From Mesonia oceanica (GTDB taxonomy: Bacteria > Bacteroidota > Bacteroidia > Flavobacteriales > Flavobacteriaceae), in contig NZ_CABVMM010000009.1 in the NCBI RefSeq assembly GCF_902499555.1, positions 93,178 through 157,177 on the forward strand: a stretch of 64,000 nt of DNA, given 5' to 3'. A program made the position numbers and the translations under genes. Of the stretch, positions 1 to 10,261 are shown piece after piece. The stretch's first letter is position 1. Each line of letters starts with the position of its first letter. Under the pieces are notes generated by a model that was given only the letters and a program-made list of their open reading frames with translations, ran no database searches and was not told the DNA's origin.

Positions 1-341
1 TCTTCAATATCTTTAGAAATTCGAAAGGCAATTTCAGCTTCGGCACGAGGTTGAATCCAACGCTTAGCTTCGACTTCTTCTTTGTTTAATATTTCCATGG
101 AATTGGTGAGTACTCCCCAAATAAGGTCATGAACGCCCATTTGTTCCATTTTTGCACGGTTGGTGAAACCAAGTTTGTAACCGGTAACATATTCGCCGCG
201 GTCTAACCTTTTGCCAACACAAAGGTTTTGTATTTCATAAGCAGCATCTAAATCTATTTGGTAAGTGGCTGCTAATTGTGATGTGGGTCTAGCATGCCTT
301 GCGGCCTGATCTAAAATCTCTGCTATCTCCTGATGAGTCAT
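1..341 (-). CDS. Fumarylacetoacetate-hydrolase family / 2-keto-4-pentenoate hydratase-like protein, N-terminal part (5' end inside window, rest off the left edge)
   Basis: Reverse-strand ATG at 341..339; translation MTHQEIAEILDQAARHARPTSQLAATYQIDLDAAYEIQNL... resembles MhpD/HpaH hydratase N-termini; not in ORF track because truncated by window edge. Confidence 0.5.
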   Translation of the reverse strand, partial: MTHQEIAEILDQAARHARPTSQLAATYQIDLDAAYEIQNLCVGKRLDRGEYVTGYKLGFTNRAKMEQMGVHDLIWGVLTNSMEILNKEEVEAKRWIQPRAEAEIAFRISKDIE

Positions 342-370
342 TTTTATTAATTTAGTTTATTTTTAGTAAA

Positions 371-480
371 TCGTCATCCTGAACTTGTTTAATTACGTTG
401 AATCTTTGATTTCAGGATCACATCTTTAAGCTTCATTTATCTATTGATGATGAGATTCTGTGTCAAGCACGGAATGACGG
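371..480. repeat. REP/MITE-like palindromic element (family copy: cgtcatcctgaac...ttcaggatcacatc plus gatgagattctgtgtcaagcacggaatgacg)
   Basis: Inverted repeat with the same core words (CGTCA(T/C)CC..GAAC / GATGAGA..CAAG..GGAATGACG) seen at 6 other loci in this window. Confidence 0.6.
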
Positions 481-525
481 ATATATATTTACTGAATATG
501 ATGTATACTTAATTGATTTTATTTC

Positions 526-1917
526 TTAATAAACAACGGTATCTTCTTGTAAAATATTTTTAGTTTCCTCTTTTACTAAATTAAGCTTTTCTTTTAAACT
601 TAATTGATCGTTTATTTTCTGCTCAGAGAGTAATCGCAACATCGCTTTGTCTTGGGCCCGTCCGCGTTGCATCGCTTCGGCATAACCAATTTGTTCTTGA
701 AACGTTACCAAGCGGTATTTTGAGGCATATTCAGCAGGGAATTCTTGTTCTAAAGCGGTTTCCAGTTTTCTTTTCTGTTGAAAAATAGGAGCAGCTGTGT
801 GTTCTTTCATTTCATAAAAATTATCAATCGCTAAATCGGCAATCGCATCGGTATCTTTTTTACGAATATTTTGATAGGTTTTAAAGGTAGCTTCCCAATC
901 TCCGGTGTGTTTTTCTAAAACTTCATCAAAAACTACTACGTCTTCAAAAGAAGCATTCATTCCCTGACCATAAAATGGTACGATCGCGTGTGCTGCATCG
1001 CCCATTAACAAGCTTTTTCCATGGCTATACCAAGGTGAACATTTTACTGTCCCTAAAGCTCCCGTGGGATTTTTAAAAAATTCTTCCCCTAAATTCGGCA
1101 TGAGTTTTAAGGCATCGGGATAATATTTTTGGAAGTATTCTTCTGCTTTTGCTGCGGAAGTAATATTGTCGAAATTATAATCTCCTTCTGCATACGACAT
1201 AAATAGCGTCACGGTAAAACTTCCATCTAAATTAGGAAGCGCAATAAGCATATTTTCACCTCTTGGCCAAATGTGCAATGCATTTTTATAGAGTTGAAAA
1301 TCACCTTCAGTAGAGGGTTCAATGGTTAATTCTTTGTAACCGTGTTGTAGATAGTCTTGCGAAAAGCTGAATAGGAAACTGTGATCTTCCATCATACTTT
1401 TTCGTAGAGCAGAACCTGCACCATCAGTGCCAAAAATAAGATCGGCTGAAATGGTTTTTTCTTCTCCAGAATGATAATCTCTAAAGCTTGCTTTTGCTTC
1501 TGCCGAATTTACAGCTAAACACTCCTGATTAAACTGAATGGAAACATTTTCCATTTTTTCAGCTTCCTCTAATAAAAGTGCATTGAGATCTGTTCTGGAA
1601 ATGGAATTGATGTATTCGTGTTCTAAACCACTATAGGGGGAAAGAAAGGTATTTTCTTCTTGATCGTGAATCATTCGTCCATTCATTGGGATGCAAATTT
1701 CTAAAGCTTTTTGCTCTAAGCCAACGAGTTTCATGGCTTTTATTCCACGGTTGGAAAATGCCAAATTGATGGATCTTCCTGCTGAGATATCGGTTTTTCT
1801 TAAATCGGGACGTTTTTCAATAAGTTGAACTTGATAGCCGCGTTGCGCCATTCGTAAGGCCAATAAGGAACCGCAAAGTCCGGCACCGATAATAAGGATG
1901 TTTTCTTTCTTTTGCAT
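526..1917 (-). CDS. kmo: Kynurenine 3-monooxygenase (FAD-dependent)
   Basis: 463 aa; N-terminal Rossmann GAGLCGSLLA; motifs RSINLAFSNRG and IPMNGRMIH typical of KMO; adjacent to kynureninase. Confidence 0.8.
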   Translation of the reverse strand: MQKKENILIIGAGLCGSLLALRMAQRGYQVQLIEKRPDLRKTDISAGRSINLAFSNRGIKAMKLVGLEQKALEICIPMNGRMIHDQEENTFLSPYSGLEHEYINSISRTDLNALLLEEAEKMENVSIQFNQECLAVNSAEAKASFRDYHSGEEKTISADLIFGTDGAGSALRKSMMEDHSFLFSFSQDYLQHGYKELTIEPSTEGDFQLYKNALHIWPRGENMLIALPNLDGSFTVTLFMSYAEGDYNFDNITSAAKAEEYFQKYYPDALKLMPNLGEEFFKNPTGALGTVKCSPWYSHGKSLLMGDAAHAIVPFYGQGMNASFEDVVVFDEVLEKHTGDWEATFKTYQNIRKKDTDAIADLAIDNFYEMKEHTAAPIFQQKRKLETALEQEFPAEYASKYRLVTFQEQIGYAEAMQRGRAQDKAMLRLLSEQKINDQLSLKEKLNLVKEETKNILQEDTVVY

Positions 1918-3188
1918 TATAAGAGTGCTTTTAAACGTTCAACCATTTTGTATACATTTTCAAAAGAATTGTAGAGTGGGGCAGGAGCTACGCGAATTAC
2001 ATTCGGTTCACGCCAATCGGCAATTACTCCGGCTGCCATCAATTTATCGAATAAAGCTTTATTGGCATGTTGAACCTTAATGGATAGTTGACAACCTCGT
2101 TCTTCTGGATTTTTTGGAGTGATAATTTCAATTTGATCGCCTTCAATTTCCTCCAGCAAATACTCTAAGTAATTGGTGATTTTTACCGATTTAGCTCTAA
2201 TATTTTCAAATCCGGCTTCATCAAAAATCGCTAAAGAAGCTCTAATAGCTGCTAAGGATAAAATGGGTGGATTGCTTAATTGCCAACCTTCTGCTCCGGG
2301 AATTGGGTCAAATTCGTGACGCATATTAAAACGCGTTTGTTTGTTATGTCCCCACCAACCCGTAAAGCGTTTTAAATCTTTGTTGTTGGCATGGCGTTCG
2401 TGAACAAAGCAACCCCCAACACTTCCAGGGCCGCTGTTTAAATATTTATAGGAACACCAAACGGCGAAATCCGGTCCTGTTTCGTGTAAATTAGGTTGAA
2501 TATTTCCTGCACCGTGTGCTAAATCGAAACCAACTTTGGCTCCGTGACGATGTCCTAATTCGGTGATTTTTTTTAAAGGAAAAGATTGCCCTGTATAATA
2601 GTTGGTAGAGCCAATAAGCAAGAGTGCAATATCATCTCCTTGCTCCTCCATTATATTTTCTAAATCTTCATAACGGCAAAGTTCTTCACCTTCTCTAGGC
2701 TTCCATTCAATTAAAGCATCTTTTGGTTGATGTCCGTGAAATTTCAGTTGAGATTCTACAGCATATTTATCGGATGGGAAAGCATCGCTTTCTATCACAA
2801 TTTTATAGCGTCCTATACTTGGACGATAAAAAGAAACCATCATTAAATGTAAATTGACACTTAAGGTATTCATCATGACAACTTCAGATGGTTTTGCTCC
2901 AACAATTTTTGCCATTTTATCCGTTAAAAATTCGTGGTAAGGCATCCAAGGGTTTTTAGCCTCGGTATGACCTTCAACGCCTAAATTGCTCCAATCTTCC
3001 AATTCTTGTAGAATGTATTCTTGGGTGAGTTTAGGTTGTAATCCTAATGAATTTCCGCAGAGGTAAACTTGTTCTTCCCCGTTTTTATCTTTGGGAATAT
3101 GAAATTGATTTCTAAAGCGTTTTAAAGGGTCTTTTTGGTCTTGCTCTTTCGCAAATTCCAAGGTGTTTTTATGTTGGGTTGTTTGCAT
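1917..3188 (-). CDS. kynU: Kynureninase (PLP-dependent)
   Basis: 423 aa; aminotransferase class V-like, conserved YKYLNSGPGSVGG segment; stop/start overlap with kmo. Confidence 0.8.
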   Translation of the reverse strand: MQTTQHKNTLEFAKEQDQKDPLKRFRNQFHIPKDKNGEEQVYLCGNSLGLQPKLTQEYILQELEDWSNLGVEGHTEAKNPWMPYHEFLTDKMAKIVGAKPSEVVMMNTLSVNLHLMMVSFYRPSIGRYKIVIESDAFPSDKYAVESQLKFHGHQPKDALIEWKPREGEELCRYEDLENIMEEQGDDIALLLIGSTNYYTGQSFPLKKITELGHRHGAKVGFDLAHGAGNIQPNLHETGPDFAVWCSYKYLNSGPGSVGGCFVHERHANNKDLKRFTGWWGHNKQTRFNMRHEFDPIPGAEGWQLSNPPILSLAAIRASLAIFDEAGFENIRAKSVKITNYLEYLLEEIEGDQIEIITPKNPEERGCQLSIKVQHANKALFDKLMAAGVIADWREPNVIRVAPAPLYNSFENVYKMVERLKALL

Positions 3189-3314
3189 TTTTATGTTCTA
3201 AAAAATGAGTTTTCCACAAATTTAGCAATAATTAATGAGTTGCTTTTGATTAATTCAAACGTTTGAATGATTGTTTTGTAGAATTTGAAATAATGAGAAT
3301 TACTTCACAAGTAA

Positions 3315-3989
3315 CTATTCAACTTTAATATTTGTAAAATAGAGTTTAAAATTTCCTTCTTTGTTTTGATGGGAAGTTGCGATTTTAAGTCCTTTAAAGT
3401 CTTGGTAACCTTCCCAAGTAGTTGATAAATTTGGTTCTTGACTACCTGAAGCAATGTAAGACCATTCTCTAATGATAAAATCTTTATCGACATAAATTTT
3501 ATAAGTATCGCCCGGTGTATAACCGTCTTGATGATCGTAGGCAATGGTGATTTCTTTCATTGATTTTTCACTAATAGGTGCTTTTACATTTTCTTCTACA
3601 GAATATTGAAAACCTTTGTCCCAAACCAATTGAAAAGGGAAGAGTAACCAATATTTATCGTTGATAAAACCTTGGTCTGTTTGTTGCTGAATACTGTCCA
3701 TATCTTTACGGAAATATTCAATCGTGTCTTTAGCTGATAGCATTTTGACCTCATTCTTTTGAGGATACCATTGCCAAGATCTCTCGTAGTGGCTCGAATC
3801 ACGATCTACATTAAAAGTGTAATTAAGCTTTTTAATATTTTTCCAATTTTTATAGCCGTGAGCATTAGCAATTTTTTCTAAGATGGAAAGCTCTTTTGCA
3901 GAGGAAGTAGATGTTTTGGTTTTTTCAGAATCGTTTTTACAACCTATCACGCAAGTTGATAGGATGAGAAGAAGAATGAGTTGTTTCAT
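3315..3989 (-). CDS. Hypothetical lipoprotein
   Basis: Lipoprotein signal MKQLILLLILSTCVIGC; 224 aa. Confidence 0.5.
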   Translation of the reverse strand: MKQLILLLILSTCVIGCKNDSEKTKTSTSSAKELSILEKIANAHGYKNWKNIKKLNYTFNVDRDSSHYERSWQWYPQKNEVKMLSAKDTIEYFRKDMDSIQQQTDQGFINDKYWLLFPFQLVWDKGFQYSVEENVKAPISEKSMKEITIAYDHQDGYTPGDTYKIYVDKDFIIREWSYIASGSQEPNLSTTWEGYQDFKGLKIATSHQNKEGNFKLYFTNIKVE

Positions 3990-4020
3990 GTTGGAATGAT
4001 TTATTTATTAAAAATAAAAA

Positions 4021-4045
4021 AACCTCTTGATGATCTCAAGAGGTT
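4021..4045 (-). terminator. Rho-independent terminator hairpin (aacctcttga-tgatc-tcaagaggtt) with A-run on + (T-run on -)
   Basis: Perfect 10-bp stem, flanking aaaaaaa at 4014-4020. Confidence 0.5.
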
Positions 4046-4068
4046 TCTGTTTTATTGTTGATGAAAGA

Positions 4069-4287
4069 TTAATCTACAGCGTCTTTCACATCGTCTGCAG
4101 CATCTTCCATAGAATCACCAACATCATCTGCGGCATCTTCTATTTTGTCTCCAGTACTTTTTTCTTCTCTACAACTTGTAAATGTAGTTGCTAAAGATCC
4201 TACTAAAAATAGGCATAAAAATAATTTTTTCATAATTCTAATTTTAATTGATTCGTTAATTAATTTACGGTCTTCTGCCAGTGGCAA
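4069..4287 (-). CDS. Small secreted/lipo-protein with tandem DAADDV repeats
   Basis: Signal peptide + Cys (LATTFTSC); repeated EDAADDVGD/EDAADDVKD. Confidence 0.4.
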   Translation of the reverse strand: MPLAEDRKLINESIKIRIMKKLFLCLFLVGSLATTFTSCREEKSTGDKIEDAADDVGDSMEDAADDVKDAVD

Positions 4288-4423
4288 GTCTATATAATAT
4301 TCCGATTACGGCTAAGACTAAAAGGATGTGTATTAAACTACCAACAGCTTCGCCAAAACCAAAAAAGCCTATGAGCCATCCTATAAGTAGGATTACTATA
4401 ATAAGCCAAATTAAATCACCCAT
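4265..4423 (-). CDS. Small (52 aa) membrane protein, lmo0937/YqaE-like family candidate (not in ORF track)
   Basis: ATG at 4423..4421, TAA at 4267..4265; MGDLIWLIIVILLIGWLIGFFGFGEAVGSLIHILLVLAVIGILYRLATGRRP, two hydrophobic helices. Confidence 0.4.
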   Translation of the reverse strand: MGDLIWLIIVILLIGWLIGFFGFGEAVGSLIHILLVLAVIGILYRLATGRRP

Positions 4424-4509
4424 GGTTTTTTATTTTTATAGTTAGTCGAAGTAAATGTATATAATAAGATTTTTCGCTTGCGATTGTTTAACTATCAATT
4501 AACTAAGAA

Positions 4510-6045
4510 TTAATACTTATTTGGGTTTTTTAGGATGTCTGCGGCTCGCTCTTTATGTTTTTTTAAGGTTTCAGAATTCATCTTGTTCAAAAGGCTCATC
4601 ATCATATTCATGCGTTGGTTATCTTGAAAATGTTCTCGCTTCTCGTCTAAAAAATTCCAATACAAAGAATTGAAGGGACAAGCGTCTTCTCCTTGCTTTT
4701 TATTGACATTGTAATGACAATCTTTACAGTAATTGCTCATTTTGTTAATGTAACTTCCACTGGAAACATAAGGTTTGGTAGCAACAATTCCTCCATCGGC
4801 AAACTGACTCATTCCACGGGTGTTGGGCATTTCTACCCATTCAATCGCATCTATATAAATACCTAAATACCAAGCGTCAACTTCGTCTGGATGTACTTGT
4901 GCTAATAAAGCAAAATTGCCCGTAATCATTAATCGTTGAATATGATGCGCATAAGCTTCCTCTAAACTTTGTTTGATGGAATGATTAAGGCAATTCATTT
5001 TTGTTTCGGCGTTCCAATAAAAATCGGGGAGTTTGTTTTGATTGTCTAATTTGTTGCTTCTGCGGTAACCGGGCATTTCTTTCCAATAAATACCACGCAT
5101 ATATTCGCGCCAGCCTAAAATTTGCCGAACAAACCCTTCCACTTGAGAAATATCAATATCACTTTTATTTTCATGGTAGGTATCGATCACTTTTTCAATA
5201 ACTTCTTGCGGCGATAGCATTTTAGAATTCATCGCAAAAGAAAGCCGGGAATGAAAAAGGTATAGCTGTTCTGTATGCATGGCGTCTTGATAATCTCCAA
5301 AATGAACTAATAAATTTTCGCAGAAATAGTTCAATACTTTTAAGCAATCGGGGCGAGAAGTTGGCCAGTTAAAGTTTTTCTCCTGGATACTTCCCATGGT
5401 TTTGATTTCCTGCTGTTCAATTTGTTTTACAATGTTAGAAACATCTTTTCTAAAGCCTCTTTCGTGCGGAATTTCAGGTTGACCTTTCCATTTTTTACGG
5501 TTGCTTTTATCGAAATTCCATTGACCGCCTTCCGGATTTTTTTCATTTTGCATGAGAATAGAATGTTTCTTACGCATATCGCGGTAAAAATATTCCATCG
5601 TCATTTCTTTTTTGCCTTTGTAAAATTCAGCTAAATCTGTGCGAGAAGTATAAAAATGTTCGGTGTCGAAAGCTTCAGAATCAATTTCTAGATTCGAGCA
5701 GAAATCTTTGAGTTGTTCATTTAAACGGTACTCATCGGGAAGTTGATATTCAAATTTTTCAATTTCATACTTATCGATAAGCTGCTGGAGGTTTTCAATT
5801 AAATCCTGTTTGTTTTCCTTGGCATCAATTTCATAATAAATTACTTGATGACCTTTGTCTTTTAAATGCTGATAGAAGTTTCGCATAGCAGCGAAAAACG
5901 CGACAACTTTTTGAATATGATGTACGGTATAATCGGTTTCCTGACGCATCTCTGCCATAAAATAGAGCGTGTCTTTGTCTGGTGAAGAAAACCAAGAATG
6001 TTTGTGATGGAGCTGGTCGCCAAGTAGAAATCGAAGTTTTTTCAT
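4510..6045 (-). CDS. Cryptochrome/photolyase family protein, FeS-BCP/(6-4) photolyase-like (C-terminal Cys cluster)
   Basis: 511 aa; photolyase-like architecture with C-terminal Cys cluster CKDCHYNV...CPFNSLYW, characteristic of the [4Fe-4S] bacterial cryptochrome/photolyase clade. Confidence 0.65.
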   Translation of the reverse strand: MKKLRFLLGDQLHHKHSWFSSPDKDTLYFMAEMRQETDYTVHHIQKVVAFFAAMRNFYQHLKDKGHQVIYYEIDAKENKQDLIENLQQLIDKYEIEKFEYQLPDEYRLNEQLKDFCSNLEIDSEAFDTEHFYTSRTDLAEFYKGKKEMTMEYFYRDMRKKHSILMQNEKNPEGGQWNFDKSNRKKWKGQPEIPHERGFRKDVSNIVKQIEQQEIKTMGSIQEKNFNWPTSRPDCLKVLNYFCENLLVHFGDYQDAMHTEQLYLFHSRLSFAMNSKMLSPQEVIEKVIDTYHENKSDIDISQVEGFVRQILGWREYMRGIYWKEMPGYRRSNKLDNQNKLPDFYWNAETKMNCLNHSIKQSLEEAYAHHIQRLMITGNFALLAQVHPDEVDAWYLGIYIDAIEWVEMPNTRGMSQFADGGIVATKPYVSSGSYINKMSNYCKDCHYNVNKKQGEDACPFNSLYWNFLDEKREHFQDNQRMNMMMSLLNKMNSETLKKHKERAADILKNPNKY

Positions 6046-6075
6046 ATTAAATCAAAAAAGGATTGAAGTTGAGTT

Positions 6076-7395
6076 TTAGAACAATTCTTTTTGACCAGAT
6101 AACCAAGTTTGTTGGTATTTCTGATTGGGGTCGTAACGTTTTGCTTGTGATTTTATATTAAACTTCCGATCTCTAGGGTCGTTGCCTACGCCACTATTAT
6201 ACATCCAATTGCCCCAATTGCTGTGCACATCATAATCGATGAGCATACTTTCAAAATAGGCAGCGCCCACTCGCCAATCTTGTTTTAATTCTTTTGCCCA
6301 AAAACTATTTACATTTTGTCGACCACGATTGCTCATAAATCCGGTGGCATCAATTTCCTTCATATTTGCATTCACAAAGGGTTCTTGAGTCTCACCATTT
6401 ACCCATTTTGCAAGCGTTTCTGTATCGTGGTTCCAGTCTAAATTTTTAGTTGAAATTCCGTTAAGCTGAAATAGTTTATTGCCGTGTTTTAAGGAAATGT
6501 ATTTGAAGTAATCCCGCCAAATCAATTCAAAAATGAGCCAATAGGTGCTATCGTTTTTTACAATTTGCTTTTCAAATTTTTTGATTTCCCAATAAATTTT
6601 TCTTGCGGAAATACTTCCATTGGCTAACCAAGCTGAAAGTTTAGAACTGTAATCTGCGCCTAGAAGTCCGTTACGTGTTTCTTTATAATGCTGAAGTTGA
6701 CATGTGTCCCAAAAATAATGCTGTATACGTTTATCGGCTTCATCTTCGCCTCCACGAAAAGGAAATGCAGATCTCGAATCTATTTCAACTTCACTTAACT
6801 CTAAATCTTTTAATGGAGGAACTTGCGTTGTATGTTTTACAAGGTATTCTTCAGGTTGAGGTTGAGGTAAATTAGCCGGGGGTTTTACATTAACGTGGTA
6901 TTCTGTTTTTTTTCTGAATTGGGTGTAAATTTCCGGGATATTTTGAAACGATTCGTAAGGAATATCTTCCGGATGAAATAAAAATTGATCGTAGGTTTCA
7001 ATAAAATCAACTTCGGGAAGATGGTATTTTAGATTTTGCTGAACTTCGGCTTCTTCTTGTGTCCATTCTTTTTGCAGAAAAATTTTTTGAAAATGATATT
7101 TTTCCGCAAGATTTGGAATTATTTTCTCGGGATAATCATTAAAAACCAATAGGCTAATATGGAGTTTTTCTTTTAAATTTTTTTGTAAATTTTGTACACT
7201 TTCCAACAGAAATTTAGCCCTAAATTTTTCAGTTTTTTTAAAACCAAATGTAGTCTCCTCAAAATGCCGAGGATCAAAACAGTAAACTGCTAAAATTGGT
7301 CGGGATTCTTGACATGCCTTTTGAATGGAATAATTATCAAAAACCCGTAAGTCGTTTCTGAACCAGATTACATTGTATGTTTGTTTTTCGCGCAT
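6076..7395 (-). CDS. DASH-type cryptochrome / deoxyribodipyrimidine photolyase
   Basis: 439 aa; N-terminal photolyase alpha/beta domain ([13 protein letters not shown]), FAD-binding C-terminal region with W-rich motifs. Confidence 0.7.
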   Translation of the reverse strand: MREKQTYNVIWFRNDLRVFDNYSIQKACQESRPILAVYCFDPRHFEETTFGFKKTEKFRAKFLLESVQNLQKNLKEKLHISLLVFNDYPEKIIPNLAEKYHFQKIFLQKEWTQEEAEVQQNLKYHLPEVDFIETYDQFLFHPEDIPYESFQNIPEIYTQFRKKTEYHVNVKPPANLPQPQPEEYLVKHTTQVPPLKDLELSEVEIDSRSAFPFRGGEDEADKRIQHYFWDTCQLQHYKETRNGLLGADYSSKLSAWLANGSISARKIYWEIKKFEKQIVKNDSTYWLIFELIWRDYFKYISLKHGNKLFQLNGISTKNLDWNHDTETLAKWVNGETQEPFVNANMKEIDATGFMSNRGRQNVNSFWAKELKQDWRVGAAYFESMLIDYDVHSNWGNWMYNSGVGNDPRDRKFNIKSQAKRYDPNQKYQQTWLSGQKELF

Positions 7396-7505
7396 TTTTT
7401 ACTGCAATATTTTACGTGTTCCCAATCCTTTTCCCATTTTTTACGCCACGAAAAGGGTCGTTGACAAACCGGACAAATTTTAGTGGGAAGTTCACTTTTC
7501 TTCAT
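7368..7505 (-). CDS. DUF2256-like small Cys-rich protein (45 aa), not in ORF track
   Basis: ATG 7505..7503, TAA 7370..7368; [45 protein letters not shown] with CxxC...C...C pattern; this family is classically encoded next to cry-DASH genes; overlaps the photolyase start. Confidence 0.55.
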   Translation of the reverse strand: MKKSELPTKICPVCQRPFSWRKKWEKDWEHVKYCSKKCAKNKHTM

Positions 7506-8139
7506 CTAAAATAGAATTCACTTCCTTGTTGGGCTTAGCATGATCAAACCGGTCGATGAGGTGTGTTTCTGTATAACCATCTAATCCATTTATGGCTATA
7601 GTTTCTGCTTTTTCAAGGTTAAGCCAGCCATCTTTTTCTTCAATACCGTCTTCAAAAAGTAAATGTTCTATTTCCCCAATAATCATTCGGCATTGGTTTT
7701 CTTTCAAGTAATAATAATTAACCAGCTTGCAACCAATTTTTATTTTTGCCTCTTTTACAAAAGGTGGGTAAAAGCCTTTGTGATATTCTTCGGTTAAATC
7801 AGTTTTATCGAATTCTGAAATCTTTCCATCATATTTAGCTGAAGTATGGTGAGCATCTTTAATAATTCCTTTGTGGATGTGGTTTACTGTAAATTCTCCG
7901 GTAGAAACTAAATTATCATACGTGTTTCTCTCCACAGAAGTGGGGCGTAAAATAAAGCCGAGTAAAGGTGGATTGCTACCTAGGTGAATTACAGAACTAT
8001 AAATAGCGACATTGGTAATTTCATCTTTAGATTTTGTAGCAATTAGGTTGGCAGATTTGTAGCCACTTAAGCTATTTACCAAATTAATTCTAAATTGCTT
8101 TTCCAAGTTTTCAATATCTTCTCTATTGTAATAATTCAT
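7492..8139 (-). CDS. Flavin reductase-like FMN-binding domain protein (tentative)
   Basis: 215 aa; segment [38 protein letters not shown] resembles the flavin reductase-like domain core. Confidence 0.4.
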   Translation of the reverse strand: MNYYNREDIENLEKQFRINLVNSLSGYKSANLIATKSKDEITNVAIYSSVIHLGSNPPLLGFILRPTSVERNTYDNLVSTGEFTVNHIHKGIIKDAHHTSAKYDGKISEFDKTDLTEEYHKGFYPPFVKEAKIKIGCKLVNYYYLKENQCRMIIGEIEHLLFEDGIEEKDGWLNLEKAETIAINGLDGYTETHLIDRFDHAKPNKEVNSILDEEK

Positions 8140-8268
8140 TTGGGGTAAGTTTAAGGCATAGTTTGTTTAATTTTTAATAAATAAGATTAAACAAAAAATA
8201 GTTTTATTCTAAAAAAGCTGTCGATGAAGACAGCTTTATATTTTATGGTATGTTTTTATATATACCCA

Positions 8269-8412
8269 TTACTCTTTATTTTTTTGTTTTCTGATGGTAG
8301 GTTCATCAAAATCTACTTTATTGGTGTTTTTTTTGCGATCACCTATATTTCCTAATGGACTTTCAGTGTCATCATGTTTTCTTTTTCTGCGATTATCTTC
8401 AATATGTCCCAT
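8269..8412 (-). CDS. Small (47 aa) highly basic K/R-rich hypothetical protein with own terminator
   Basis: ATG 8412..8410, TAA 8271..8269; followed (minus strand) by hairpin 8215-8236 aaaaaagctgtc-gatgaa-gacagcttt. Confidence 0.3.
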   Translation of the reverse strand: MGHIEDNRRKRKHDDTESPLGNIGDRKKNTNKVDFDEPTIRKQKNKE

Positions 8413-8662
8413 AATACAATTTTTTATTTTCCTTAAAGGTAGGTATAAATTATAGTTAGGTTTATTAAAAGGATTGTAAAATCTTGTTAAGTGAACTTTA
8501 AAGTTGTTTAAAATTCTTATTCTTTTATAGAATTAATTCAATGTATGCTATCAAGAACATGATAGGAATCTATAATTTTCGGATGAAAGAATACCATTTA
8601 GGCAATCGTATAAATTTTAATAAGAAATTAAACAATCATGAATAAATGCTCTTGATTTTTAT

Positions 8663-10258
8663 TTAATGAGCTGAGGCATGATCTGTTTTATTGCTTCCTT
8701 TTTTAATGAACAATACAAAAGGTACACATACTAGAAATAATATACCTAGATATAAAAATACATCCATATAAGCAATTATCGTGCTTTGTTTCATAATGAT
8801 TCCTTCCATAGTTTGATAGGTTTTATTTAAAGATTCGTTGATACTAAACCCTTTGGAAATAAACATTTGCTGAAAAGCATTAATGCGTTGTTGAACTTGA
8901 AATTTATTAGGATTTATGTTAGGAATTAAATCTATTCGGTTTTGTTGTGTCCAACGCGAAACCATGGTAGTGATAATAGCAATACCAAAGGAACCTCCTA
9001 GTTGTCTCATCATTCCGGTAAAGGCGGCACCTTCTCCAATATTTTTTCCTCTTAATGTAGAGAGTGATAATGTTGTAATAGGAACAAACAATAAACCTAG
9101 CCCAACACCTCTTACTACTAGTGGCCAGAAAAAATGTTCTGAACCGGTATCGGGAGTCATTAATACATACATCCAATAACTGTAAACGAAAAATATAATA
9201 AACCCTCCGGCAGCTAAGTATTTTTGAGAAACTCCACGTTCAAGTAATTTACCTATAATGGGCATCATTAATCCAGTGGTGATAGAACTTGGGATTAACA
9301 ACAATCCGGCATCGGTCGCGGTCCATCCTAAGATGGATTGGGTGTAGATAGGAATAATAAAAGTAGAACCAAAAAGACCGAATCCTAAAATAAAGGTAAG
9401 AATGGTACCAATGCGTAAGTTGCCATCTTTTAAAACCCGTAAATTTACTATGGGGTTCTCATACACGAGTTCACGCCATATAAAAAGAATTAAACCTAAT
9501 ATAGATACTAGAGATAAGCTCACAATCATTGAATCTTCAAACCAATCATCTTGTTGGCCGTGTTCTAACACAAATTGTAAAGAACCAACGAATGAAGCTA
9601 ATAAAATAATACCCCACCAATCTACTTGGTTTACTTTAAGTTTCTCACCATACTTGGGACTTTTTACAAAAAAAATGGTTAAAAAGGTAGCTACGATTCC
9701 AATGGGAATGTTAATGTAAAAAATATAAGGCCAAGAAAAATTATCTACTAAATATCCGCCTAATGGTGGCCCTAAAGTTGGTCCTACAATAACGCCCATT
9801 CCGTAAATGGCTTGAGCCATTCCGCGTTTTTTAATGGGGTAGACTTCAGTAATAATAGTTTGAGCTGTTACTAGCAGGGCTCCACCGCCCATCCCTTGAA
9901 TAAATCTAAAGGTTACCAATTCCCATATATTAGTAGCATTTCCGCATAAAAATGAAGAAACCGTAAAAAGGATAATTGAAGCTGCGAAATAATTTCTGCG
10001 TCCAAACTGTTTAGAGAGCCAGCTTGTCATCGGGATAACAATTACATTGGCAATAGCATAAGCAGTGATTACCCAAGCAACGTCTGTAAGGGTAGCCCCA
10101 AGGCTTCCGCGCATATCATTAAGTGCTACATTGACAATAGTGGTATCAATAATTTCAAGTAGTGCGCAAAGTATGGCAGTAATGGTAATAATTACCCTTC
10201 TAAAGCCATATTCAACTAAGCTATCATCATCTTGTATATTTGCTTGAGCTTGGGCCAT
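8663..10258 (-). CDS. MFS transporter, DHA2 (EmrB/QacA) family, 14-TMS efflux permease
   Basis: 531 aa, multiple hydrophobic segments, DHA2-type motifs; last gene of TetR-TolC-HlyD-MFS operon. Confidence 0.8.
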   Translation of the reverse strand: MAQAQANIQDDDSLVEYGFRRVIITITAILCALLEIIDTTIVNVALNDMRGSLGATLTDVAWVITAYAIANVIVIPMTSWLSKQFGRRNYFAASIILFTVSSFLCGNATNIWELVTFRFIQGMGGGALLVTAQTIITEVYPIKKRGMAQAIYGMGVIVGPTLGPPLGGYLVDNFSWPYIFYINIPIGIVATFLTIFFVKSPKYGEKLKVNQVDWWGIILLASFVGSLQFVLEHGQQDDWFEDSMIVSLSLVSILGLILFIWRELVYENPIVNLRVLKDGNLRIGTILTFILGFGLFGSTFIIPIYTQSILGWTATDAGLLLIPSSITTGLMMPIIGKLLERGVSQKYLAAGGFIIFFVYSYWMYVLMTPDTGSEHFFWPLVVRGVGLGLLFVPITTLSLSTLRGKNIGEGAAFTGMMRQLGGSFGIAIITTMVSRWTQQNRIDLIPNINPNKFQVQQRINAFQQMFISKGFSINESLNKTYQTMEGIIMKQSTIIAYMDVFLYLGILFLVCVPFVLFIKKGSNKTDHASAH

Positions 10259-10261
10259 AAT

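Noticed and set aside
3305-3544. 79-aa ORF overlapping the lipoprotein gene in another frame (and similar nested ORFs 3596..3802, 5001..5201, 5422..5634, 6675..6875, 8916..9179, 8919..9176, 9402..9719, 10065..10247, 14200..14478, 15085..15309, 17227..17439, 18172..18590, 23580..23777, 24722..24919, 26851..27039, 27655..27870, 31007..31297, 32279..32619, 32824..33015, 34858..35049, 37162..37344, 42756..42971, 44578..44944, 49146..49349, 50207..51733, 52330..52581, 53239..53490, 55040..55234, 56661..56855, 57927..58166, 58482..59276, 59757..59996, 61271..61453)
   Set aside because: Embedded in or antisense to longer ORFs with clear homology/coding character; typical shadow ORFs of AT-rich DNA.
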